A stretch of DNA of 64,000 nucleotides from an uncultured Methanosarcinaceae archaeon (GCA_963733675.1 CAVTET010000005.1:128001-192000); one strand, 5' to 3'. Counted from the stretch's first letter, positions 34,256-46,490 are shown. Notes: generated by a model from the sequence alone, not told the origin. A program made the numbers and translations.

Positions 34256-35271
34256 ATGAGAAAAAAAGCATTTAATAAAAGAAAAAATACACTAACTATT
34301 TTATTAGTATTTCTTGTATTAACTTTAATTATAGCTACAGCAGTAAGTGCTACAGAGTAAGACCCCACTCATATCATGGTAGTTCAGGTGGCACCCATCC
34401 AAGAGGTTCCGGTATTTTCTATCCAAACAGTTCAGGTGGGCCACATCCAAGAGGTTTCGGTATTTTCCATCCAAGCGGTTCAGGTAGTCTCCATCCAAGC
34501 AGTTCCGGTATTGTCCATCCAGGCGGACCACATCCAGATAAATACTACTCCAACAGATGGCAAGACCACCATCATCATTACCATGAACATTTCGACACAG
34601 ATGTTTACTATCCAGAAGTAGAAACACAACCTGTAATAGTAGAATAGCCCATTGTCGAAGAACAACCCATAGTTGAAGAACAGTCCGTCATTGAACAATC
34701 CGGGGTAGAAGAACAACCTTTTGGATCAACATATAGAGCACCTGAGACTGGGGACAGTTCGTCAAATGTATTTGGTGGGTTGTTGGATTTAACTTCTAAG
34801 TCGTCTGATATAGCCAATGGATTAGATAGTAGTGATGGATCATATTTTTCTTTTGAATCCCACAACTATCCGAGAGAATTTATACGACATACCAATTACC
34901 TTGGTGAAAGAACACCTGTTAATAATAAATTAGATACAATGGATTCTACCTTCGCCCTTCGATTGGGATTAGCCGATAAAAACGATGCGTCTTTGGAGTC
35001 ATATAATTATCCTGGATATTTCTTAAGACATCAAGATTATCGACTTAAATTAAACAAAATATCTACGGAGCAGTTATTTAAAGAAGATGCAACATTCAAA
35101 ATTGTACCAGGGCTTGCAGATTCAAGTGCTTTTTCGTTTGAATCATACAATTATCCTAATCGTTATATAAGACATAAGGATGGTCACTTATGGGTTATGG
35201 AAGATGATAACAGTCAACTGTTTAAGGAAGATGCAACATATTATAAAGTCTCACCCAACGTCTTTCAGTAA
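34256..35271 (+). pseudogene. Secreted protein: signal peptide, His/Pro/Gly repeats, acidic repeats, AbfB (CBM42-like) domain; frameshift ~34355 and TAG at 34645
   Basis: Three SFES.NYP..F(I/L)RH motifs with F..DATF (AbfB beta-trefoil). The upstream frame was translated manually. Confidence 0.8.
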
Positions 35272-35719
35272 ACACTGCAGGACGAATTCCTAAAATCCAA
35301 TATACAAAAAGCGTGGGAAAGGGATAATCACTACATTAAAGAAAATTTCGATAAATCCAATTTTTGGATAGTTGTTTATAAAGTAGATATAAGCAATTTA
35401 TTAAAATTGAAGATTTATTGAAATTCTCTAAAGTGCAAAGTTTCCGTGCACATAGTTTATTGTATAAACTATGCATCAGTTAAAATAAGAAAGACAGAAA
35501 TTTTCTCACCAGAAATATGGATTTTGCATCCAGTTACCTTTTACAGAACTTTTGGTACACTGTCACTCAGTTTAGTCACATCTTTTGTGTAAAATTAGAA
35601 AAAGGAGTTATTTGAATCCTTACTTTTTAGTTAATATTAGAAGTTTTATCCCTAATTCATGGGAAGCCATGTCTATACCATGACTCATGGTAGGATCTAT
35701 GTCTTTCTAGGCACTGGTT

Positions 35720-35945
35720 TCCATTAATATAACCGGCCTTTGAAGCAATAGTGTAGTCTGTACTATTATTTGGTGTAATAGTAATACTCAATAGCTGCTA
35801 CTGATATACACTGACTTGTGCCTACTTTTGGATTATAGTAGAAAGTTCCAGCTAGTGGAGAAGCTGCTGCATCTAACTGACAATAACTCAATGGCATTCC
35901 CAGAAATGTGTCCGCAAGGTTACTCCAGGTAATTGTGGATTAAGT
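35720..35945 (-). pseudogene. Remnant of a Methanosarcina surface-protein Ig-like repeat
   Basis: TITWSNLAD...LS..QLDA.AS..AGTF.YNP..GT. Confidence 0.5.
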
Positions 35946-36064
35946 GTATTATTTGTGAATACTATTTCAAAAAGGAAAATATATGACTAATAATCTATAT
36001 TGGTAGATTAAACCGATGATTGTGACTCTACAGAATATTCAAATCAATATAAGGATGAAAGATA

Positions 36065-37055
36065 ATGAAAAAAAAAGAAAAATCATATATACTAATTTTA
36101 GCTTTAACAGCATTTTTTTTGTTTTTAATTAGCTCTTCATCTGCAAAAAGTACCTACTTCAAGGGACAATATATATATGTCGAATCACCAAGACAACAAT
36201 GTCTATGTAATTGACACAGCTACAAACAGCATTACAGCCACTGTGGAGGTCGGAAATCATCCTATTGGAGTTGCAGTCACACCGGAACAAAGGCATATGT
36301 TGCCAATCAACTTAATGACAATGCCTCTATAATCGATACAACCACAAATACTGTTACAACGACTGTGCCTTTAGAAGGAAGTACTTTAGCCTTTGGCCAG
36401 TTTATAGGTGCTACAATATCTTCTCCTACACCTGCTATAACACCTATTCAAATAGAAAATTCTATGTCTGAAACCATGACCGCTTTAACTTCTTCAGCCA
36501 ATGAATACACATTTGGCCAGCCAATAACATTTACTGCTACAGTTGATGCGACATCACAAGGAATAAAAAAGTCTTCAGGTACAATTTCTTTCATGGATGG
36601 AATCACATTCATAGGAAGTGGAGATATAATTTCGGGACAGGCAATTTTGACTACTTCAGCGCTGTCAGTTGGTTCACATTCGATCACAGCCCAATATAAC
36701 AGCAATAATAACTTTAAATCCAGTACATCATCTGTACTCACACTACAGGTAAATCAGCCTAGTACAGAACTACATCCTAATCCCCAATACTATAAATCTG
36801 CCAGCTCCATCTCAAAATGTAGAAACTCCTAGTCAAACTCAAGTGCAACATGCAGTTAAAGAAGATAGTACATGGAATACGAGACCATCACAACCTTCTA
36901 CATTAACTCCGAAACCTAGTCAAAAATCAACTCCAATATCGTCTCCAACGTCTGTTCCTACTCATAGCTTCAACACTTCTATTCAAACTCCTAGTCCAGT
37001 CAAACCTAGTCCTGCAAAAAGTAAGCCTTGGTGGAAGAAAATCCTGGGCATTTGA
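36065..37055 (+). pseudogene. Cell-surface protein with YVTN repeats, Ig-like (Big_3) domain and P/S/T-rich tail, frameshifted
   Basis: Signal peptide; VYVIDTATNSITATVEVGNHPIGVAVTP; GQPITFTATV...LSVGSHSITAQY; ends KPWWKKILGI. Confidence 0.75.
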
Positions 37056-37372
37056 TAACTTATTGCAGAGATCTCTGTTAATATAGAGTTAGCGAAAAGA
37101 AAAAGTTAGGCATAAAACTTGATTTTTAGAATGTTCCGATGACACGAATCTTCATGTTTTCTCTCCCACTTCATAAAATGAGTCTAAAAATCAGGCATAT
37201 AATAGCCCACTATAAATTTTACCCAAATTTAAAAAATTAAAGGAAATCACGGGTATGAGGAGTATCCTGAGAATATGATTCATATAAACAAACGAAAAAC
37301 AAAAGATAGTGCCAGAAAGTCCCGGCACATGAGATTAAATACTTGATTACTAATAATCGAGTTTCGTATATC

Positions 37373-37591
37373 TTAATGAAGGTGAAAAAGTCCTTCTTTT
37401 GCCTTTTTAAGATACTCACTAGCTTCTTCTATTTTATCGGCAGCTTCAAGGATGTCTTCAGAAGCTTCAAGAAAACCATCTGTTTTGGCTTTTTGAGCCC
37501 ATTCTTTAAAATTTTCGATATGGCTTTCGTTATGTTCAATCCAGTGTTCAATCAAATGTGAAAGATTTTCATGACTACATTCTTCAGTCAT
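37373..37591 (-). CDS. Small His-containing helical protein, possible metallochaperone
   Basis: LSHLIEHWIEHNESH...W..KA motif; GAGG RBS before MTEEC. Confidence 0.7.
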   Translation of the reverse strand: MTEECSHENLSHLIEHWIEHNESHIENFKEWAQKAKTDGFLEASEDILEAADKIEEASEYLKKAKEGLFHLH

Positions 37592-37725
37592 AGTTAGTCC
37601 CTCCTGTTCAGGTATATGCAATTCATGCTATAAATTCCCGCTGGATTTAAATCAAACTTTTACATGGTAAATAAAACCTTGCAACATATCTCAGATTAAA
37701 AGACCTTCGAACAAAAGGTCTCCGT

Positions 37726-38967
37726 TTAAATTTTTCTTGGGTCAGTAATTTCGCCTGTTAACGCGGAAGCTGCTGCAGTTGCAGGGGATGCTAGATAAAT
37801 GAAACCATCTTTTCCCATTCTACCTTTGAAATTTCGATTTGCTGTTGAAATGCAGACTTCTCCTTCCCCAAGTACTCCTTGATGGGCACCAAGACAAGGT
37901 CCGCATCCAGGGGTTACAAGAGTTACGCCTGCTTTCAGTAGAGTTTCTATAGTTCCGTTTTCGATTGCGTCAAGGAGAGTACTGCGGGATGCAGGAATTA
38001 TAATAGTCCTAACTGCGATCCTCTTCCCTTTTAGGATAGCTGCTGCTACTTCAAGATCTTCCAGCCTTCCATTAGTACATGTTCCGATAAAGACCTGATC
38101 GATATGAGTTCCTTCGACCTCTCCAACAGGTTTTACACTGTCTACCTGATGCGGGCAAGCTATCTGAGGTTCGATATAATCAGCTTGATACGTGAATTCT
38201 TCTACATAATCAGCATCTTGATCGGCATACATAGGTTCATAAAAAGTAATGGCTCTATTTTTTAAAAAGTCGAAGATTTTTTCGTCTGGCGCGACAATTC
38301 CTAACTTTGCCCCCATCTCGATTACCATATTGCAGAGTGTCATCCTTCCAGCAACCGAAAGTTCGCTAATTGCTTGTCCATAGAACTCAACAGCTTTATA
38401 GGTGGCACCATCAATTCCGGTCTTCCCGATGATGTAAAGAATAAGGTCTTTTGCATAAACCCCAACTTTGAGACTACCTTCAACAGTAATCCTTAAACTT
38501 TCGGGTACTTTGAACCAGAGCTTACCAGTAGCGAAAATCTCAGCCATATCAGTAGCCCCAACTCCTGTAGCGAGAGCCCCGAAAGCTCCATAAGTGCAGG
38601 AATGAGAGTCAGCTCCTACGATAAGTTTTCCTGGAAGAGCAAAGCCTTTTTCAGGGAGTATTTGATGGCAAATCCCCTCGCCAACATCATAAAAATTTGA
38701 GATACCTTGTTCCTTCACCCACTCCCGAATCTCTTTCTGCAAGGTAGCTGATGTCTCATTGTTCGCAGGTGAAATATGATCAAAAGGAATTATGACCCTA
38801 GAAGGGTCCCATACTTTTTTCCTCCCCATCTCTTTAAAAGCATTTACTGCAAGAACCGACGTACCGTCATGCGCCATTGCGTAGTCTACATTTGCCATCA
38901 CGAAATCATTTGCCTTTGCCTCTTTACCCGATACCCGGGAAAATATTTTTTCGCTAATTGTTCCCAA
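37726..38967 (-). CDS. hacA: Homoaconitase/3-isopropylmalate dehydratase large subunit
   Basis: [40 protein letters not shown]. Likely TTG start giving (M)GTISEKIF. Confidence 0.88.
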   Translation of the reverse strand: MGTISEKIFSRVSGKEAKANDFVMANVDYAMAHDGTSVLAVNAFKEMGRKKVWDPSRVIIPFDHISPANNETSATLQKEIREWVKEQGISNFYDVGEGICHQILPEKGFALPGKLIVGADSHSCTYGAFGALATGVGATDMAEIFATGKLWFKVPESLRITVEGSLKVGVYAKDLILYIIGKTGIDGATYKAVEFYGQAISELSVAGRMTLCNMVIEMGAKLGIVAPDEKIFDFLKNRAITFYEPMYADQDADYVEEFTYQADYIEPQIACPHQVDSVKPVGEVEGTHIDQVFIGTCTNGRLEDLEVAAAILKGKRIAVRTIIIPASRSTLLDAIENGTIETLLKAGVTLVTPGCGPCLGAHQGVLGEGEVCISTANRNFKGRMGKDGFIYLASPATAAASALTGEITDPRKI

Positions 38968-39199
38968 AAGTAAGTCTCCTGTAAGATGACGAAATAATTC
39001 AAAATTGGATGTAGCAGATTTCGACAAACCTCTGATTTTCAAAAATCATTTATGTACCCTTTATAAGTATATGATCAATTAAGGGGTTTATCTAGATTTT
39101 CTATAAAAGAAAAAATTTAAATTTCTTACTAAATATGAATTATACTTGGCGAATTTTGTAATAAATCTTATCAAACGAATGATTTTGAATAATTAAAAT

Positions 39200-39345
39200 T
39201 AAATCCACTTTCTGCAGATGTATGCAAGAATGCCATCCATTTTCTCAATATGACAGTAGCTTAAAAATTAATTTGGCTTTCGATGAATAATAGGTGTGCA
39301 AATAGACAAATAAATTATACACCTGTGTAAATCTGCGGAATTTCA
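39200..39345. repeat. ~150-bp dispersed repeat/MITE, copy C (reverse orientation)
   Basis: Reverse complement aligns to copy A. Confidence 0.8.
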
Positions 39346-39516
39346 GTTTAGATATGATTTGGATTACCACTTAGCTGAAGACCCAATGGTTTTAAGCTTT
39401 GTCCTAGTAATAATACAATTAATTAATTTTGTATCTACTACGGAGAACTTCTTCTGCAGAGGTGAGTATAAGCGGGATATTTATAATCCTGTGGGTTTAA
39501 TCTTTGCCGAATTTCC

Positions 39517-39975
39517 CTATTTAATTTCAAAATTTACATGTTCCACTTTCACACATGCATCCTTTAAAAAATCAAGTGAATCGGTATCTGGATAAAGAGT
39601 TGCATATACAACCCTTTTGATATTTGAATTTATAATCATTTTCGTGCAGAGAATACAAGGTTTATGTGTGCAATAGATCGTTGCCCCTGATATGCTCACC
39701 CCATGGATTGCAGCCTGAATGATGGCATTTTGTTCCGCATGCACCGCCCTGCACTTCTCATGCCGAGTTCCTGAAGGGATCTTCTCCAGATCACGGATAC
39801 ACCCTATTTCAAGGCAGTGCTCCATACCACTTGGAGCTCCGTTGTATCCAGTTGAAAGGATACGCTTATCTCTAACGACAACTGCCCCCACATTATTTCG
39901 GAGGCATGTGGCCCGTTTTCCTACCACGAAAGCGATTTCAAGGAAATATTCGTCAAGGGAAGGTCTTTCTGTCAT
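39517..39975 (-). CDS. Deoxycytidylate deaminase (ComEB family)
   Basis: RATCLR, TGYNG, HAEQNA, PCILC zinc motif; start [10 protein letters not shown]. Confidence 0.92.
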   Translation of the reverse strand: MTERPSLDEYFLEIAFVVGKRATCLRNNVGAVVVRDKRILSTGYNGAPSGMEHCLEIGCIRDLEKIPSGTRHEKCRAVHAEQNAIIQAAIHGVSISGATIYCTHKPCILCTKMIINSNIKRVVYATLYPDTDSLDFLKDACVKVEHVNFEIK

Positions 39976-40320
39976 TATTTTTAATGAACAGTAACTGGTA
40001 TATATAGCTGTGACGTTAGAACTTGTAGCATTTTCAAGAGTTAATTTTAAGTGGAATGAAATAACGGTGTATAGGGAAGAATTACCTTTCAAAGAAAAAT
40101 TTGATATTAATTTGTGACTATAATAGTATAAAAAAAATTAGCCTATTTATATCATTAAGATATCAGAACATTATGTTCAAACTTGAATTCGATTATCATT
40201 CAAAACTGATCCAAAATAATTGAACAAATCTGACTATACTTCTCAACAGTTCTTAATATGTGAAAAGTTATTCGGATAAGTTTGATAAAATATAGATACA
40301 TGCATCCGGAGTATTAAATT

Positions 40321-41226
40321 ATGGCAACAGGTTTTACCGAATTTTTAGATAATTTCGTGAAAAATCACGATAATCGCCAGTTGCTGGCATTCCCTCTTGC
40401 GATACTCGCAGTTTCTCTAATTATACTGCTGGTTTCTTTTTTGAGCAGCGGGTCGCCGGTAACTCTGGGAATGGAATTCCAGGGCGGCACACAGATTTCT
40501 GTAGAAACGATCAATTCCCCTGCTGCGCTTAAAGAAGCGTATTCCTCTTACCACATCATCGATGCTCGGCAGGCCGGTAGCAGGATCATCATGGATTTTG
40601 GGGTCATGGACAATGAAAAACAACGCCAGCTGGAAAAAGATGTCGTGAGCCGATATTCAAATGTAGAAATTAGCCAAATAGGGCCTGTCTACGGCCAATC
40701 TCTGCAGATACAAGCTCTTAAGGCCCTTATCATCTCCTTTATAGGAATGTCCATTGTAGTATTCTTGCTCTTCCGAAGTCCAGTACCTTCCTTTGCAGTA
40801 ATAATCTCTGCTTTTTCGGACATCACAATTGCCCTTGGTTTCATGAAGATTGCTGGGGTCGAACTTTCCTTGGGCACACTTGCCGCCCTGCTAATGCTTA
40901 TCGGTTATTCAGTAGACAGTGACATCTTGCTCACAAATAGAGTGCTTAAACGCCGAGGAACGGTAGAAGAGAAAGTTTCTCGGGCTATACAGACAGGAGT
41001 TACAATGACCAGCACAGCTCTTGTAGCACTTGTAATCATGTACTTAGTCTCTACTTATCTTTACCTGATTATTCCTTCCTTCACACAGATTCCTCTACTT
41101 TCGCAGATCTCGATAGTGCTGATCGCAGGACTGTTTGCAGATATTATGAATACCTGGCTCCTGAATACTGGAATTCTGCGCTGGTATGTACTTAAACCAG
41201 AATTCGGAGGGAGGTATAACAGATGA
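40321..41226 (+). CDS. secF: Protein translocase subunit SecF
   Basis: LGMEFQGG, LMLIGYSVDSDILLT. Confidence 0.93.
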   Translation: MATGFTEFLDNFVKNHDNRQLLAFPLAILAVSLIILLVSFLSSGSPVTLGMEFQGGTQISVETINSPAALKEAYSSYHIIDARQAGSRIIMDFGVMDNEKQRQLEKDVVSRYSNVEISQIGPVYGQSLQIQALKALIISFIGMSIVVFLLFRSPVPSFAVIISAFSDITIALGFMKIAGVELSLGTLAALLMLIGYSVDSDILLTNRVLKRRGTVEEKVSRAIQTGVTMTSTALVALVIMYLVSTYLYLIIPSFTQIPLLSQISIVLIAGLFADIMNTWLLNTGILRWYVLKPEFGGRYNR

Positions 41227-42959
41227 ATAATGCAAAAAATCTTTTAAAAAATCCAAGAATAATCATCTTCATCCTAGCAGTTCTTGTAGCGATCTTTGCC
41301 ATTCACCCTGGTTATACTAGCGAGGGGGCTACTTCCCATCTGCACTATGGGCTTGACCTTGAAGGCGGATCTTGGCTTCAGCTTAAACTGGAGGGAACGC
41401 TTGCTCAGATAGATGCAGATCCCGGAAAGATAGTCATCGCATTAGTCGAGCCTGCAATTGGCTCCCCTATTAACATCACAAATAATAATTTATTAGGCGG
41501 CGGATCTGACAATAAATATATCAGCTTTACTACATCTGCTCCGATTAATGCATCTCAAATTGAGAAATTGGGGCTGGGGGGCAGTGTAAGCGTGGACAAG
41601 CCGAGCAGAGACTCAACTCAGGTAACCATAACCTCTACCAGTAAAGAATTTCTGATCCGGACTTATCTCGCAAAATCTCTTGATACAGAAGTAGTTCAAA
41701 CGAGTAACAAGGATGTGTTTGGCTACGAAATAAAAAAGTCCGTCTCTGAAAAGGATCTAGAGGCTCTTATGGAGAAAGTGGGGGGTTTTATTGTCAAAAA
41801 TCAGGATGGGACTTCAACTTACAAAGAAGGGGTCAGCACTCAGACAAGAGATCTTACACGAGATATACTTGATGATAAGCTCAACGCATTTGGCCTGAAA
41901 GATATTCCTGTCAGAACTGTAGGAGAAGATTATATTCAGATCGACTTCGCAGGCATTGATCTGGCAACAGCCAAAGAAATTGTTGACAAACAGGGTAAGT
42001 TCGAGATTAGGATCCAGACTACAGGAAATGAAACTCAGCATGTTGTTAATGGTGATTCTATCGAAGATGTTAGAATTATAAGCTATCACGATAATCAATG
42101 GCATGTTCCTTTCACTCTTTCTGAAGCAGGAGCCCGAGCACTCCAAAAAGCAGCACTCGAAACCGGGGCCGTTGATCATCCAGAAGAACATCATCTGAAT
42201 ATGTACCTGGATCAAGTAAAAATATATGGAGCTCCACTGAATCCTGATGCAGCCTCAAGATTACGAGAAACTCCTATATATTCCTGGGAAGCTTCCACAG
42301 GCACAGGTGACGGTGCAAAAAAAGAAGCAAAGGCTCTTGAGGTCCACCTTCGAGCAGGGGCTCTTCCTGTAAACGTAAAACTTGAAAGCTCAGGCCATGT
42401 GGATGCAGGCCTTGGAGCGCAGTTCAAAACCGAAGCTGTGATTGCAGGCCTGATTTCTCTGGTTGCTGTAGCTTTAGTGGTTTATTTCAGGTACAGGAGA
42501 CCTGAAATTCTGATACCTATGGTAGGAACTTCAATCAGTGAAATCATCATGATCCTTGGAGTTGCGGCACTTATCAAATGGCAGCTTGATTTGTCATCAA
42601 TTGCAGGTATCATCGCTTCCATAGGTACCGGAATTGACCACCTTATAATCATCACAGATGAGGTGCTTTATGAAGGCACAATTCCTTCTACAAAGAGTGC
42701 CTTCTCTTCCAGAATTGGGAAAGCTTTCGTGATAATTATAGGTGCAGCTTCCACGAATATTATTGCAATGTCTCCTCTGGTCGTAATGGGTTTCGGAACT
42801 CTGAAAGGTTTTGCAATTACTACTATTATTGGAGTATTCATTGGTGTAATTGTTGCAAGACCCGTTTACGGTGTGGTTATAAAGGAACTGCTTGAAGCAA
42901 AAGGAGAAATTGAAAAAAGAGTAGAAGTAGCTAGAGGAAATGAAGGTTTAGCTGATTAA
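41223..42959 (+). CDS. secD: Protein translocase subunit SecD
   Basis: YGLDLEGG, LRAGALP, IGTGIDH.IIITDE, LKGFAITT. Confidence 0.93.
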   Translation: MNNAKNLLKNPRIIIFILAVLVAIFAIHPGYTSEGATSHLHYGLDLEGGSWLQLKLEGTLAQIDADPGKIVIALVEPAIGSPINITNNNLLGGGSDNKYISFTTSAPINASQIEKLGLGGSVSVDKPSRDSTQVTITSTSKEFLIRTYLAKSLDTEVVQTSNKDVFGYEIKKSVSEKDLEALMEKVGGFIVKNQDGTSTYKEGVSTQTRDLTRDILDDKLNAFGLKDIPVRTVGEDYIQIDFAGIDLATAKEIVDKQGKFEIRIQTTGNETQHVVNGDSIEDVRIISYHDNQWHVPFTLSEAGARALQKAALETGAVDHPEEHHLNMYLDQVKIYGAPLNPDAASRLRETPIYSWEASTGTGDGAKKEAKALEVHLRAGALPVNVKLESSGHVDAGLGAQFKTEAVIAGLISLVAVALVVYFRYRRPEILIPMVGTSISEIIMILGVAALIKWQLDLSSIAGIIASIGTGIDHLIIITDEVLYEGTIPSTKSAFSSRIGKAFVIIIGAASTNIIAMSPLVVMGFGTLKGFAITTIIGVFIGVIVARPVYGVVIKELLEAKGEIEKRVEVARGNEGLAD

Positions 42960-43030
42960 GTATTCCGGAAAAATGAAAATGGTAGTCCTTGATATTGCTG
43001 GCAAAAATTGAAAAAAAAGGTGGAATAGAG

Positions 43031-44056
43031 ATGCAGGATCTCTGGACTTTGAAATATAGACCAAGCACCCTGGAAGAGTTTCTCGGCAACGAACATTCAA
43101 TAACCACGCTTTCCGAGTTGGCTGGTTCAGGTAATCTCACCCACCTTATATTTTATGGCCCAGAAGATTCCGGAAAAACGACTGCTTCTGTTGCCCTTGC
43201 CCGGAAAATATATGGCAGTACATGGAAAAACAATTTTACATATTTCAATGCGTCTGATTTTTTTGACCAGGGAAAACGTTATCTTATCCGAGATAAACGT
43301 TTTGTTCGTTTTCTGGGGATTGATGAGCCTAAGAAAATTTACAAAAGTGTAATAGATATATTTAAGGAAATTATCAATGATTATGCTGGGGTGGCTTCTA
43401 TTGATGCTGATTATAAGTTGATCTACATAGGTAGTGCTGAATCCCTGAGTCCAGATGCACAAAACGCACTCCGGCGAATTATGGAAAAATACAGTACAAC
43501 ATGTAGATTTATCCTTTCCACTACGAAGCCTTCTAAACTCATTTCTCCTCTCCGTTCAAGGTGTCTTCAAATATTTTTCACATATATTTCTGATTCTATT
43601 ATGGAACCACATCTTGAGAAAGTTGCTTGTGCTGAAAATGTGCATCTTTCAGATGGAGCTTTTGACGCGATTCTTTATTTTGCGAAAGGAAACGTTGCAA
43701 AAGCTGTCCAGACTCTCCAGTTTGTTTCTCTGCTCACACAGGGTTCTGAGGTTACTGAAGAGATGGTTTACGAAACCATAATGCAGTTTGTGGATAAAAC
43801 TGTAGACGAACTGCTCAATTCAGCTCTCACAGGAAATTTTACTAGAGGACGCCAACTTATTGATGAGATGATAGTTGAAAAAGGGTTTTTAGGAGTTGAA
43901 ATTCTTGAAGGACTTGCCGAAGCACTTTTATATTCAGGAGAAAATGATGAAAATATTGCTCGTCTTATTATCAAAATTTCCGAAACAGATGTTCTCCTTA
44001 AAGACGCTGCTAATGAAAGAATCCATCTAGAAAAGCTAATTTTAAATTTTTCTTAA
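43031..44056 (+). CDS. rfcS: Replication factor C small subunit (Methanosarcina second, divergent small subunit)
   Basis: WTLKYRP, GPEDSGKT, NASD, AQNALRRIME, PLRSRC. Confidence 0.85.
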   Translation: MQDLWTLKYRPSTLEEFLGNEHSITTLSELAGSGNLTHLIFYGPEDSGKTTASVALARKIYGSTWKNNFTYFNASDFFDQGKRYLIRDKRFVRFLGIDEPKKIYKSVIDIFKEIINDYAGVASIDADYKLIYIGSAESLSPDAQNALRRIMEKYSTTCRFILSTTKPSKLISPLRSRCLQIFFTYISDSIMEPHLEKVACAENVHLSDGAFDAILYFAKGNVAKAVQTLQFVSLLTQGSEVTEEMVYETIMQFVDKTVDELLNSALTGNFTRGRQLIDEMIVEKGFLGVEILEGLAEALLYSGENDENIARLIIKISETDVLLKDAANERIHLEKLILNFS

Positions 44057-44487
44057 CTCATTTTATTATGCATGTGAATTCGATGTCTTTCAGTACTTCT
44101 CAGAACTGTGTTCGGTGCCTATGGATGATTATGTACTTAACCATTGCCTGAAGGTTGGTTTATCGGACTCATGATAACAATCTAATTACCAGAAGTGGAT
44201 GGCATATATTATACACAAAAAGTCCCATTATTTAAAGTATAAATTACAATCAAAATTTGAAGAAATCATAAATTTCGATTTCATAAATAAGCTAAATAGC
44301 TCTTTTTTCTTCATACAATTCAAATTTATATCTTACTTTTTTTCTGTGAGATTTTTCATTTTTCCTATTGATTCGATGACTATAAAAAGTGTTTTTTGTG
44401 GAATAATACTGTACTAATTAGTCTAATCTGTTGAATTTGGGCTCCAAAAGTATACCATTGTTTATTATAACTCATATCATATAATTG

Positions 44488-45718
44488 AGAATTTCAATAA
44501 ATCCTATCTATTTGAGCATTGCAAAATTTAAATTTAGTAGTATCAACTTTTACTTATGAAAACTCTTACTGATTTTGCTCTTAAACACAAATAAAAATTT
44601 CTCCAGCCAGTTGGAGACAAACTTGCTGAAATTGATTCGTTAATTAATTGGAATTTTTTTTGTATCATTTTTGAATCGATATTTTTTAACAAAATAGTTT
44701 CCTGAGGCGGACATGAAGCTGATGTAACCATTAATGCTTAAAATGTTTGTTTTACATAAATAGCATGATTTTCTTTACTTTGAGATTGATAAACAATGTA
44801 TTGATCGAATTTCTTTCAGAAAATTTATTAATTTTCATGAGTACATACAGGACAGTACCACAATCAGCAGTTCCGAAATGAATTATTAGTAACTGAAACG
44901 AAAAATAAATATCGGGGCAGTTGCAAAGCCAACTTGATTGCCTTGTTTTTGAAAATAAAAAGAGACTGACTCAGGATTTTACTTTTATCCGTTAATGTTC
45001 AACACGCAAAAGCAAGTGAACATCGACAAAATTAGGTAAAAAAGGAGAAACATAGATGGAAATAAACCAAAAAAAGATCATAAGTTACACTTCGGATAAA
45101 AACTTCATAGTACAATAGTAGGGGTTAAGAGCTGATCTGAAGATCCAAAACAACAACTTTATCACTTCATGATTAGATTATAGGTTTATCTGGAAAAGAT
45201 GAAGTGATTTACAGGGCAAGAGGGCACTTTGAGGCAAAATTAAAAGGTTATTATGCAACAATGAAAGGAACATTAAAATAACATCCTTTGAAAATGAGTG
45301 AAATATTATGAAACAAGATAATAAGCTCAAAAAGAACTACATTGGAACGAGTTTATGTAGTAACTAAAAAATATTCAAAGCATGGAAAGTTCATGTCATT
45401 ACTACCAAAGAATGAGTATATGGAGGATTTCAATATATCCTTCAATTTAGTCATATGCTTATAAATGGTATACAAATGATTTGTGGGAATCAGAGGCTTA
45501 TCAAAACTATCTAAAGATATTATTCACTATTTTTGTCATAATCTCAATTATTTGATGACTTTGGGACTAAAAGAAGCATTTTGAGGATGGTAAACACTTT
45601 TTTAAAATCAAAGAATAATTGACAATAAAGGAAAAACGATGTCAAAATACAGAAATCAGCGAAAAAGATTTGGACAGGAATCAAGCGGAGAAATAAATAA
45701 AAGGTAAATCGAAAGCCT
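44488..45718 (+). mobile_element. Heavily degraded IS5-family element
   Basis: MKTLTDFALK...VGDKLAEIDSLINW at 44557, many stops, GAGG-type terminal repeat remnants. Confidence 0.7.
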
Positions 45719-45883
45719 TTGTAATATTTGATTTTAAATTATTCATTTATATTCCAAGAAGTAGTGAACCCTTTGATTGCAGCGGGTGCACAGAAATTAA
45801 GGTTTACAGAATGCTGAGCCTGAATGGCGACAGTTTTATATACGATACTGAGTGTATGTGCTGGCAAGCACAAGCTAATAAAG

Positions 45884-45955
45884 GGGCCGGTAGATCAGGG
45901 GAAGATCGCTACCTTGGCATGGTAGAGGCCTCGGGTTCAATTCCCGATCGGTCCA
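45884..45955 (+). tRNA. tRNA-Ala (anticodon GGC)
   Basis: Acceptor GGGCCGG/TCGGTCC with G3:U70; anticodon arm CTACC-TTGGCAT-GGTAG; T-loop GGTTCAATTCC; TTTTATATA ~45 bp upstream; no encoded CCA. Confidence 0.95.
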
Positions 45956-46189
45956 CTTAAAAACTAGTAATGTCCTATTTTAATAATCTTATAATGATAC
46001 TATTTTTCAAATTGTTGTTTACACTATCATCACTTTGTAATATCAAGTGTAGCCAGAGACTCTGGCCAGGCGAATTATACTAGAAAATTAAACAGCTGTA
46101 CTGTTCTTGGCACCTTGAGAGAAAATGTCACAAATCAGTAAAGGATATAATTTAACATGAGAACTTACGCTATTTTAACCGATTTAGTT

Positions 46190-46490
46190 GACTATGGCCA
46201 GATGATAAAGGGATTGTGCACAGGCTTAATCAAGATGAAAGGAAGGGAAGAAAATACTATCAAAATTACTCATGAGAAAGCTTCCGGGGAATTTAACAAA
46301 TAAAGGAGCAAGGCGTTTCTAATTAAAATGCGGATTTTAGCAGAACTTCCATAAGTAAGGCAAGTACTTGGAGCTTCACAGAAAATCATTTGGAGAGTAA
46401 TTGTTGCGGAAGATAAGCATGTTACTCTTGATGCTAACCCAAGCTCGCAGGTAAGACCTTGATTAACTATATAAGATATATTTCTGTACA
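46190..46490 (+). pseudogene. Degraded FKBP-type PPIase paralog
   Basis: GQMIKGL..GLIKMK..EE.TIKI, HVTLDANP, LAGKTLI fragments just upstream of the intact FKBP gene. Confidence 0.6.

Noticed and set aside
34375-34530. 24-nt tandem repeats as a possible CRISPR array
   Set aside because: There are no unique spacers and no cas genes. The period is a multiple of 3 and encodes peptide repeats.
43031-44056. Degenerate Walker motifs in the RFC small subunit
   Set aside because: Consistent with the known second RFC small subunit of Methanosarcina.
6173-46190. Short GGACTTACGCAGTTGAACTG-like motifs at ~6175, ~23345 and ~46160
   Set aside because: Probably old IS ends, but too short and diverged to delimit an element.
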